From Stylophora pistillata (Eukaryota), in the NCBI RefSeq assembly GCF_002571385.2, contig NW_019218102.1, positions 14,768 to 78,767 on the forward strand: DNA of 64,000 nucleotides, given 5' to 3'. Under the pieces are notes generated by a model. That model was not told where the DNA came from. It was given only the letters and a program-made list of their open reading frames with translations, and did not search any database. Both the position numbers and the translations under genes were made by a program. How positions within the stretch are numbered: the stretch's first letter is position 1; every line of letters starts with the position of its first letter. Positions 37,701-49,801 of this stretch are shown piece after piece.

Positions 37701-40633
37701 CTAAAAGCTCAATTTTCGTCTGACTTCATCATCCACTTATATGTCCTAAAATTCATTTTATTGTAGCGTTCATTTCGTGGTAGGTTTTGGCTCATAAGAA
37801 CTGTAAACAATTTCTCTAGACAGGTGTGAGAACAAAAGCACAGCAGTCGTTAGCAAATACAACTACGAACAGTATTAATTACAAATTTCGCACAAGCAAA
37901 CTAAATTTCAATGCGATGGATATCTGTTAAATTTGCACAACTCAAACTTGTCCGGGACGACTCCTTGGCGACTGGTCCTTTATTTGACAGATTTACAGGG
38001 TAAGAAATCATCAAGTTCTATAAAAAAATGTTTTTGTTTGTTATAAAATCACTATTTTGAATCATAATTATTAAGTCGTGAGGCAAAAGACAACGACAAC
38101 TTCGTTTTTCCGACATCGAAACACCAAAAGGAAGGTTCGTTTTCGTAATTCAGTAACCAAAACCATTCCCAGCCATTGCCGCCTTGATTCATGATGCGTT
38201 ACATTATCCAATTTCTAGACGTGAGTCAACTGAAAAATGTACCAAGCTGTAGTATACTCACCGAAAACCCTTCAGTTCGTCAGAAATTCGTAGAACACCG
38301 CCATGCTCAGTAGCGCTACACTGCTTTTTCTCTTTCGCAGTGAAATGCTTGGGTGAACATGATGTTTGTCAGTTTTCTATGTTTCTTACTGATTATATAT
38401 TTTTATGCGTAAGGTTTCTTCGCATACAGAGGTAGTTTTGTGAAGTTCGTGATCAATTCTACAGTTAAATTAAATTATTTATGCTCATGGTAATTTCGCA
38501 GGTTTTATCCGGCACAGTTTGGTGTGTTCACCACTTAAGTAACAGCAACCGATAAATGGATATTCTGGAGAGATACTTTTCTCGACAGTTCTGATTTTCT
38601 ACCTGTGATATACCGACAACCGTTAAGGTAAAATATAGTTATGCAATTTTAGACCATTTTCTTTGAAATTACACCTTAAATACCAAAAAGCATTCCATTC
38701 TCGCAGGGTATGAGACAAGCACGAATTACAGTTTACATTTCTCTACTGGTGCATTTTTATTATGCCATGAAGTCGTTTAATCCATCCTTTGTTGAGAATT
38801 TTAATAATGTTCCCGCCCTACAGAGTGGCTATTGTTTTTAGAGTTAATCTATTAGACTCAAGCCTGAAGGTAGCACACAGGGACTTGAAAAACTTCAAGT
38901 TCAAAAGTTTACAACATGCGGAATAGCCATGGTAGCGAAATACAGGGAATATTTATCAGATGATAGAAAAAAGAAAGGTTTTGAAAATTGAAGCCATGGC
39001 AACAGGCACGTTATGTTATTTGTAAACACCACATCTTTGAAAATAGAAAATTAATTCACTGACAAATTGATAAAAAATTAACGGATTTGATGCTCTAACT
39101 GAACTGTCTCAGCAAGACAGATTTATCAATATTTCCCAACCGCTGGGTTCTCATACATAGTCATATCTTTTATGAACAAATGTTTGAGAATTCAAATCAG
39201 AGAAATGGGAGAATTTGTTTGTTTTGAAGAAAATATTTTCCAGAAATATTTGGCCATAAAGGTGTAAAAACAATCATGATCAAAGGGTTGGTTGATTGCA
39301 GAGAAAATCATATGAAAATTTAATGCAAAAACATTTTCAAGAGTGGGTTGCGATTCCGCGGGCTTTGCAAGTGGTTGCCAAATATGGCATATCTCTTATT
39401 AATTCAAATACGATGGCATCAGGAGTCGATTTATTGAACAAATAGTCGTTTTTCATTTGTGAAATAAGACAAATTCCATAGTTTGCCAAGACTTGGCTTC
39501 AGCCGGGGAGATTTTCTCTGTAAAATGGCTATAGTGTAAAACATTTACTGAAATCCAAAGAAAAATGATGCTAAATGGAAGTGAGAAAAGGGATCACCAT
39601 CACTGACGGTCCATTCAATTCTCGCCAGGAAAAAACAAATTATATGTCTAATGACCCCTTAATAGCCCCACATTTTATTTACTTTCTGAATGCTAATATG
39701 GGAGTGTTATCGGTAAAAAACACGAACATGAAAACTTCAAGCTATGAAACTGTTATCTTCCGGTGGATGAAATTTAATCGTCATCTGCCATACAATGGTT
39801 GGACATTTTGTACCTGTGACGGCTTTTTCAAAAAACACGGCTAACTGGACAACAAGCTATCAGCAAGACTCCCTGACTTAACTGTTATGTTGCTTGGGAA
39901 TTAAATATGAGTTATGCCATTAATTTAGATGATCATCAAAAAGGCTTTAGACACTGCGAGATCTCCACTATTGGCGAAGATCTATTATATTATTGTTGAT
40001 GTCTTCCCCTCACGAATTAAACCGACTTCATTAGAATAAACAATTGCGTGTTTGGAAAAGGCCAGTAATTACCTCAAAGCTCCGATCTCTGACGACAAAA
40101 ATGGGGAGAGCAGCATAAAAGACGCTAGTGTTTTGGTAAAAGAATCACTTACTTTAGTATAATACTAGTTGCTTCGCTCTCTCTGTTGTGCGTGGTGCCT
40201 CATTAAATGAAGCAGAAATTACTTTTCAATAACAGCTAACGAGTTATTATACCAAGGTATTACAATTTGCACTTTAGTGGTTGATAGTGTTGTAATTGCG
40301 AGGTGATAAATACATGTAAAACTAAGCTTTTACAATAAGAGCCGCGACGAAGAAGTCAGAGTGTCAAAACTACTAGTAGACTAACAGAGGTACTTTAGGA
40401 GGAATAACGTAAGAAGCTTCTGTAAGAAAAAATCTTCTAATTCTACGATGATCTTTTTTTTACCATGATCAATCGCAAATATTTGCAAGTCTTCCACTGG
40501 CGCATATTTATTTCAGACGATTGACTTTGTTTTTAATATACTTTTCAGGACAGACAGAATTTCTGAAGCGACAAGTTCCAAAAGAGATATTCTCGAATAT
40601 CAAAACCACCAAGACAAAAAATCCAGTGAAACT

Positions 40634-43600
40634 ATGGAAATGGAGGAATTAAAGGCAATTCGAGAGAAAAGAGAGAACTGCATGAAAGAAGTAAAAGACG
40701 CGTGGAAATCAGAAACAGGTGAAGCTACGCGTGTTATCAAAGACTTCAGTGGGTACACCACCCTACACGGGTTTCATTTTGTCCTTGACTCTGCCTCCCG
40801 AATACGAAGGATTATTTGGATCACATTGATTTCCCTCGGCATATGCGCACTCTTCTTCCAGTTTCGAGACAACTGGCGTAAATTACAGAGCTATGAAAGC
40901 GTCATTGGCAAAGATATTGATCATGCCGAGAAGCTGTTGTTCCCTGCAATTACTATTTGCAACCAGAATATGATGCGCAAAAGTAAAATTTGGGGAACAG
41001 ACGCGCAAACATTTCTAGACCAACAAGATCAAGTGAAGTTGCATATCTTTGGAAATAAACTATTGGAACAAGAGACGAGCCCTGACTTCGATCCTGGGGA
41101 GAGTGTGATGAAAAACGGTCACAACCTGTCTGAGATGATGAAAGACTGTAAATGGAAAAATCAGCCATGCGCTCCTGCTAACTTCTCCTCGTTTATTTCT
41201 TTCATGGTGAGGTTTACAAACTTTGTTATGACATACTTTACATACTTTGTTGCCACCTCCCCGTTGGGGAGCCATCTACTCTCTAAGTGAGCAGCAGTGA
41301 AGTGTCACTAACATTCGGCAATAGTACATCAACGGTTGGTAAATTTTTCGTATGTACTTAAAATAAAATGCCGACGATGACGATGATGATATACACCACT
41401 TGCAGGATAGATTAAAAATGAGGTCCATACTTATCTGTGATCTAAAACTTTGACAGTTGTTTCTCTGTTTTTCGATCCGCAAAACAACAAAGGCGAAGAG
41501 GGTAAAAAAAAAAGCAGCTTTCACAGATTCAAAACGAATTTGTTCTGGATCGGTCAGTTTTTCTTAAGACTGAGAAAATGCAAGGATTTTAAACCTCCAA
41601 CTGGTATAAATCTAATGAGATATAGATCGAAGCAGATGTTACTTAGTTTGCTCTTGTTGCCAATCGAGAAAAATGGAGTGTATCGTTGAAGAAGGGAGAG
41701 GAAATATAAGAAAACAAGATAGACTTTTTCACTTTGTATAAAAATAATTTTTCTGCCTGCAGCGTGGGGTGTGCTACACGTTTAACTCTGATCGGCGTGG
41801 TCACCAAAAGCTTTATGTGACAACATCAGGAAAAATCCAAGCCTTGTCACTTTACTTGGATGCGCAACCCGAAGAGTATTACGGACCATACAGCTACGAT
41901 GCGACAGGTTTTAAGATTATGATTCACGATCAGAAGGACTTGTATCCAAACATTGAAGACCTTGCTTTGGACATTACTCCAGGGTTTACCACAAACATAC
42001 GCGTGCGCAGAAGCAAGGTTTGTACAACCAAGTTCTTTGTGGAGAGTACTAGGCCCTCTTTATCTTTCAGACATGTCACTAGGCTAGACCATATGTTGCC
42101 CGAGTCCTGTTTCTTTCATATCGCAAGGATTAGCGATGCCCAACATGAGCAATGTACTTTAATGTATAACGATTTCATTAATTTATTTGTCATTTAAGAT
42201 GGTGAGTCTCCCTGCGCCATTTAAATCCGCCTGCAGCGAGAAGAGCTTGGCAGCTTTCAAAGTGTACTCACAGTACGCATGTCTATTAGAGTGTTACACT
42301 AACATAACCCTCGAAGTGTGTGGCTGTCGGCTGCTGTCTATGCCTTCATTTGGTAAGCAATATGCTGTTTAAGATGATACAAATACACACAGATCAAGGA
42401 GTCAATCAGATAAGAAGATAAAGTTTAAGTTAAAAATGTTAATATTCCAACAGATGAGAACAAAACGAGATATTGCTCCGCGAAGGAAATCTTTACCTGC
42501 GTGTTCCCAAAATATGGTAGGTGTAAGCTTTTGACACAACGAAACACATTTTCCCATTCGTACAAATGCATGTGTCAATCACTCTTTCACTAACTCAGAG
42601 GTAAACAATCAACATCTTTACAAAACGTATCATTATCTTTATCGCATTATTAGAGCATTATCGCCACTCTTTCCAAAGTAGTGCCACAACTCTGGTGTGA
42701 AAGTTGAAAAAAAAAATTAAAATTTAGCCAGGTTAAGATGACCTCCCATGTGGCTATCCCAATAGACCGTGTAGGGATGCTAAAATTTCTCTTACTTCTC
42801 TGTTTAGGTAAATTTAATCCAAGCAGTTGTGCCTGCCCGGCACCATGTACGGAGATACGCTATCATGTTCAGGCCTCCATGGCGTACGCTCCGTCAAATC
42901 ACTTATGGGACACAATATTTCCAATGTACAACATGTCAAGTAATGACACAGAGAAAGTTGTTGAGTTCCAGAACTACATCAGGTAAAAAACGCTAAGTCA
43001 CACCCCCACTTTTAGAAGTCCCAAAATCAAGAATGTTGAATATCACAAAACATAATTAGATACCTGTACTCCTACGATACCTGAGGGGTCCTTTTTGTCT
43101 TAGTGTTTGGGATACAGCACGAGCTTCTTCACTAAAGAGACTTTTTTCCACGACTTTATAAAGACTTCTTACGAATGAAATTGTTATCAATAGAATAAGA
43201 AAGATGGTAAAGTTTGATATCTTCCCACGAGCGTAAGAATCGAATCCCTAACTTTCGAATTCTGCGCTCCGATGCTCTATCACTGAGCTACAGAGAACTC
43301 TGCGGTAATTTATATGATCTGGACGTGAAGTCGAACAATTCAGGTGTCCAGTACTGAACGCTGTACGTTGTTCTTTTTGAGCTTTAGTACTATACGACGA
43401 ATTTATTTGACTACTCCTCTAGATTTTTTTTGTATCGTTGCATTGGTAGGCAAAGAATGGCCCAAGTGAACATTTATTACGAAAGTCTGGACACAGAAGT
43501 CACGGAGGAGAAACCTGCGTATGATTTCAATGCTTTTGGATGTGAGTACTGTTTTTGGTCAAGTTCTTACCTCTAAAATACCTCAGTTTATTTGGCGATA

Positions 43601-44237
43601 AAGTTTGGTGAAGGAATACGTTGGTAGCGTCTTCCTTACAGAGCTTACAGCAAGTGCACTAGGAGCGTTTATTGACTTGTATTACAATCCATTAAAGCAC
43701 GACTTGCGCCGTGAATTGCCGGGGAATAATATCTGTATCACTGACCTTTATATAGTAGAAACTAAAAATTATGAGAAACATTCCATTTCTTAACGTACAG
43801 ATGACCATATTAAAGATAGATCTAGCGAGGCCTAAAAGCGGAGCTCCGGATGGGAAATGCTTCATTAGTTTTCCTTCAGCCCGTGTTGTGCCAGCAGCTT
43901 GTCGCGCACACAAACACAAAACGCATAAACATCACGTAACAGCCAAATTTTAAGGGTTTGGTTCACAGACTGGCATATTTTCTTGGCCAGGGGCCTCCGC
44001 GGCTATAGAGGAGCGTAAGAATCGACTATAGAGGAGCGTAGAGGAACATTATTAAGTATTTTGGATGATTGTTGTTTTCTCTTTTCCTCTCTAGCGGACG
44101 TAGGAGGTAACATGGGATTATTTCTCGGCTGTAGTCTGTTGACTTTGTGTGAATTCGTTGATCTGATTGTGATCATGTGTCTTCGTTGCTGGCGGAAGAG
44201 GAACACCGTAGATCTCAAGGCGGATCCATATCAATAA
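40634..44237 (+). CDS. DEG/ENaC (ASIC-like) sodium channel subunit
   Basis: Exons 40634-41206 (TTLHGF, TM1, FPAITICNQN), 41763-42017 (RGVCYTFNS), 42199-42352, 42454-42516, 42808-42982 (CACPAPC), 43450-43541, 44095-44237 (SDVGGNMGLFLGCSLLTLCEFVD...stop). Possible upstream coding exon 37911-37999. Confidence 0.93.
43224..43305 (-). mobile_element. tRNA-derived SINE head in a DEG/ENaC intron
   Basis: Minus strand GTAGCTCAGTGATAGAGCATCGGAGCGC...GATTCGATTC. Confidence 0.6.
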
Positions 44238-44399
44238 AAAATTACTTGAGTATTCAAAACTGTAAATGTGAAGCAGGTAGTTAATATTCGCGCTTATGGA
44301 ATGAAAAAAATGATCAGAATACGCAAACCCAAATCAGTTCAGCCTACTATGATTATGCTCTTTGAGTCTCTCTATACCGTCTGCGCGCTAAAAAAGGTT

Positions 44400-44750
44400 G
44401 TCCATGTGGGGCAATGTTGCTGTGCATCTGTTCAGAAATAGATTGCAGATGACGTCAAAATGTGCTAAGGACAAAAAAGGAGCACACAAAGCGCAGCCGA
44501 GTGTCTCACTTCTCTGATCTATGACTGAACAGACGCACAGCAACATGGAATCAATTTGTTTTATATTATAAAAAGGCAAAATGTTGTTTATGTCCCGTCC
44601 TCCAATAGATCATAGTAAGAGCCAATCAAAAGGTGTGCAATAGATCATAGTAAGAGCCAATCAAAACGTGTGCAATAGATCATAGTAAGAGCCAATCAAA
44701 ANGTGTGCAAAAGTAGTTTCAAAGAGCCAATCAAAAGGTGTGCATGATTC
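44400..44750. repeat. Interspersed repeat with an internal ~35-bp tandem array (about 4 copies, 44603-44743)
   Basis: caatagatcatagtaagagccaatcaaaaggtgtg repeated; short inverted segments gttgctgtgc.tctgttcag / ctgaacagacgcacagcaac. Confidence 0.7.
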
Positions 44751-46810
44751 AGTTTATTATATGAATATTGTAACTAGAGAAAGCCCCCTAACATTTAAAA
44801 ATTCATTAATTTCTGCCAGCGTGACTGAAAATAGGGGTTGAATTTAGAAAAACTAGACTAAAAAGCTTGTGCTTTGCAGATCAGCTTATAAATATCTATA
44901 GTGGCTAAAATCTCTGGATTTATTTGAGAAATCAATTTTGATTCTATGTGGTGTGCTGGGTTCAGAAGTCGTTAAACTCATAGGGAATGGGAAGCCTTCA
45001 TAATACAATCGTTTTCAACATTTTGGAGTTTCTTTTAAAATTAATAAAAACTGGAAAATAGAGAATAAGCGACTATAAACAGACTGATACATACTAAACG
45101 TTTCAGTTAGTAGGGTATTTCAAATCCGATTTCATGATTGGACTGTTGTTTAAATTTACCTTTTCTCTGCCAATCACGCATAATGTTGAAGGTTTGTCCG
45201 AGGTAACTTTAAACTCGCCCCAATATCAAAGTAGAAGACCGAACACATCGTTAAAAATAATTACGGTAAAAAAGATGATTGTTTTCGTGTTTTGGACCAA
45301 AAAAGTTAAAAGTACATGTTTTCACCTGCATAGCGTTTGATGAAATTCTATGCCTTGAGTTTAAAGTTAGTCACTCCGATTAATTCAGCGCTGTATCAAA
45401 TAAAAATCCCGTTTATCACTTTGGATACCTCTTGTGTATCATGCGCTAAAGCAACCAAAACAACCCACGCCAACGATGGCTGAAGAGATGCACTATATGA
45501 CTAACTTCCATATCAACCCAACACCACAGTGAAAAATCCAATTATTTGGAGTAACAGCAACCACAATAGTCAGAGGATTATAAAAGTAACTCTCAGCGCT
45601 AGTGCGCTAGTTTACATGTAATTCGAATAGCAAAGATTTTCTGCACTAATACTTATGAGTAAATAATGCATCAATCTTTCTTATCAATGTCTATAGTCAA
45701 ATTACAAGCCAAATAATTCACGCAAGAAACTGAGATGATACCGGATTTGGTTATATACAGAGCACACGTTCGACCTAATAGTTTAAGCTAACCTAGAAGT
45801 ACAACGACCCAAGGATGGGGGACAGCCAATTCCCAGCAGCAACCCACAGAGCAATATTCTTCAATTAAAAAGACAAAATATTTAAGAAACGGCTCAATCT
45901 TCACGTGACCTATAACTAACGCAACCATCCCACTTCTTATGCTCTCCCAATCATTTACGACAGTAAAACAACTCTTCTGCCTGCGAGCTTCAAAGAGGAT
46001 ATAGTCTAGGAACCCCCTTCCTTTCCCGACAATAACTAATTCAAAAAATGATACGGGCAATTGTTGTTACATACAATTTATTAATTGATGATTACGGCTG
46101 GCAAAAACAGTGGGAATACAACCTCTCATCTGCTGATTATTTCGCCAATCATTGTCTGTCTGAATATCTCCGGACATAATGCGATAACTCATCGAGTACA
46201 TGAACTGTTTCCCTGATTCCAGAGCATAATCTTTCATGCCAGCAGTGATGATTACTTTGAAAAACCTTTCATATGTGTGTGGTTGGATGATAGGTAATGA
46301 AACTCAATTGCTTCCATTTTCCATAAATTACGATTATGGAAATGATCTCAAACCTGTAATAATTCACATGATTACTGAATTGACTGAAGGATTCGGTGGA
46401 TAAATTTACCTCCCCCCCCCCCCCCGATAAAAAAAACCACATTCACGCAGATGGAATAAAACGAACGTGCGTAATAAGGTACTGAAAAGCGAATCATTTG
46501 AAACGGTTGCAAGTCAAGTTAGAGCAAGAGAGAGTCTATAAATGTAGATATTGTACAAGCCATGGAAACTGAAAATGATAACGAAAAAAATAATCAAGTT
46601 TTGAGATTATAACAAATTTGATGATAGTAAAACATGGACATTTGATAATTTGATTGAGAAAAAGCATAACATATGTGATAAAGCCTTTCACTTGATATCT
46701 CATCTTGATTCGAACAGCGCGGGGGTTATCATATTGGCTGGTTACAAGCATGTTCAGATGGTTACAGGACTGGTGCAAACCAATGTCAGAGAGATAGACG
46801 AAGAGTACTT

Positions 46811-49735
46811 TTAAGTTCCTTGCTGTGATAAGTGTGTTGGCTCCTTGACTAAGCAAGATCGATCGTTTGCTGTTACTGCACTTTCAGCAAACATACTTGG
46901 AGATGAGCCAATGACTTCTTTTTTATCTTTGACAATCTCTTGAGAATGTACACCGTTACCAGCGTGACCAATCAAAGGTCTTGCAGTGTCGTGTGACACT
47001 GGATTCTCACGCAAGGTTCCACCATTTTTATGAACCAAATGTGTGCCACTGTCACGCTCTTTGCCATTTACATGATGTAAACCTTCTGGAGACTCGACGT
47101 GTGAACTGTTGCTTGACAATAAAACAGCATTGGCAGTGAGGTTGCTTGCACTTTTAGCCACTTCATTTAAAAGTAATTCTGTTTCGTCAGGGTGTTGTTG
47201 TGTTACCACATTTCCTGTGTTGCTGTCTCCAGTGTTACTGCAGCTTGGTTTCTTTTGTTGTTTTTCGAGTTCTCTACATGGAAGATGTTTTGTCAGGCAA
47301 ATTCTCTGGTTAAATGTTTTGTTGCAAGTGTCACATTTGTAAGGTTTTTCGTCGGAATGAATATAGCTGTGCTCTTGTAAATGGTGCTTTCGTTTGAACG
47401 CTTTACCGCATACCTAAAACAAACGATTCCCTCCATTTGTTATCAATATAACAATTGTAATAAAACCCCTTAGGATTAAAAAATCATCATTAGGTCGGTT
47501 CGGAGAAAAAAAATTAGCAAATTGTACAAGTAATAGGAAAAAACCGTTCTGCTTTCTCAGCAGGCAGTTGAGACACCAAGTTGATTATTATTTAAAGTGA
47601 ACAGATATAGTATATTGACGCAGCGAATTCTGAAAAGCGGACTCTCGAGTTTTCAGCCTTCGGTCAGACTTCAGTGTTGCGGTTGAACGTGTTCATATAT
47701 TAGGGTAATAATACAGCTTTGCTATTCGTGCAAGAAGAGTAACGGATAATACATGAACAAACCAACTATTGATTGTTGATTCCTTGAGAGGTAGGATGCC
47801 GATGTCAAAGATCAATTTTTGTTCTGAAGTTTTACAACTTTCAGAGTTGGCTTGCTGGTTAGAAGCTCCCGCACAACTTTGTTTGGTTTGCAGTCTTGTC
47901 AAAGTGATAAGCAGGTTTTAAAATCTGCAGTTGTTATTTCATCTCTCTGTGGCACTATCGAAATTACCAATGAACAGTATTCTGGTGTGTCACGTGGTAA
48001 CCCCATTCCACACAATAACCCCACCATCACCCAAATAAAAGTTAATAATTGGTAAAAGACAAACAGAGCTTGACTGTGTCATGAAACAGGAACATCAAAA
48101 TTGAGGTTAGGAAAGAGGCACTCAGGAAGTAAATATTACTTTAGTCTGCAGAAAGTCTAGCATGCTCTGCAGACAACAAACTTGGCAGTCAGATGACTTG
48201 GTTGTGTCTGAAAGTTGACATCAGTTTTGAACAATTTGGGTCTTTATTTCTAAGATCAATGAGAGGATAGAAATTGTTGGTAAAGCAGTGGTTGACCTGA
48301 ATGTTATGGAGGAATTCACCAATCTGACCTCACAGTTTTCATCATTACATGAACAAGCATAACCAGTCATAAAGCTAATTTCAGGTTGTACCATAATCTT
48401 ATCCAAATAGAGGACATGTGTTACCTGACATGCATAAGGCCTGTCACTTGCAGTGCTGCTCTTCTTTGTGGACACCTGGTTAGACAGAGCTGGAGGTATC
48501 TTCTGTGGTGCATTCTGGGAATGTTGTCTTGTGACATGTTGCTTTAAGCCACTACTTTTTCTGAATGATGATTCACACTGAGAGCATTTAAAAGGTTTCT
48601 CATCTGAAATTTTACAAGACAAGAAATTTTCACTCTTATGCACAGCTGGTGCTACAAACTAAATATGTTGTGAGACTCACAAAAAAAAGCATGCGCAGAG
48701 GCTTAATGATGCTGATGTCACAGAGTTCTGTAACTGACAGCTGAAAATAAATGTTAGCTGATGTAAGCATGTAATATTACAGCTCAATATATCACTAAGC
48801 CTTGCCACATGTCACAGCAATATATTTTGTGTGAAATTCTTCTTTCTTGCCTCAAAATTTGTCTCTGCACAAAGTCACATAAATCAGGCTTGTGGTCATA
48901 GTAATGGCAGAAGTCATAACAATTTGTGCATTGGAGGCTGCCCACACGAGGCAGTTTGTTGGAAACAATTGCGGCAACTTTTTTTTTAATGTTCATTGTG
49001 AACTTTAAGGTTGTTTGGAGTCAGTATTCAAAGTTATTGGAAACTGTGCATCAGAAGTCAATCTGAGGAAAGTGGCCGATGGGATTACCCAGATCTTACC
49101 AATTGTTTTGTTGTCACTTTGTGGAACATCTGTGGCACCTTCTTTAGAGATGTTTATTTTATCATCTACAAACCAAATCAATTCCAAAGACATAAGATGA
49201 GGTAAACCAATGATTTAAAAGAATGATTGACAACTCTTTTTGAGGTTAGCAGTTACCATAGCATAAGGCATTGATTTATAGGAATTGCAGATACACTAAC
49301 CACCTTGGACTACAGCATACATGAAAGATATTTACAAGTAGTTAGCCCAGCATTTTAAAGCCAGTCACAGTGTCCTCATGCTTTGAAATACATTCTTTTT
49401 TTTTTTACCTAAAAGCAGGGGGGGTGCTGCAAGGAAGAATCATGACCTCTATCTCAGAGTGGGAATGTACAATTTTGAACAAATACATGCAATCATAAGG
49501 ATATTTAACAATTATTCTACAAGCGTGTGTTGAACATCAGATGATAGATAGCCAACAAGGTGCGTAGTGCCAAGTTGGCTATAATCATCTCATATTCAAC
49601 AAGCGTAATTGAAAATATTGTCTTACTAAAAAAACGCCCCAAGATATTAGAAAAATCTTCTCTACTTTCTTTTATAAGAAGAAACCAGATGTTACAATGT
49701 ACAGATATTAGATTATGGTATATCGGCTCGTATAT

Positions 49736-49801
<66 letters not shown>

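Noticed and set aside
44603-44743. CRISPR-like ~35-bp repeats
   Set aside because: Head-to-tail with no unique spacers, eukaryotic context and no cas genes.
47640-47690. Hammerhead-like motif on the minus strand (CTGA-AGTCT..AGGCT-GAAA)
   Set aside because: The core lacks a complete CUGANGA and stems I and III are not evident.
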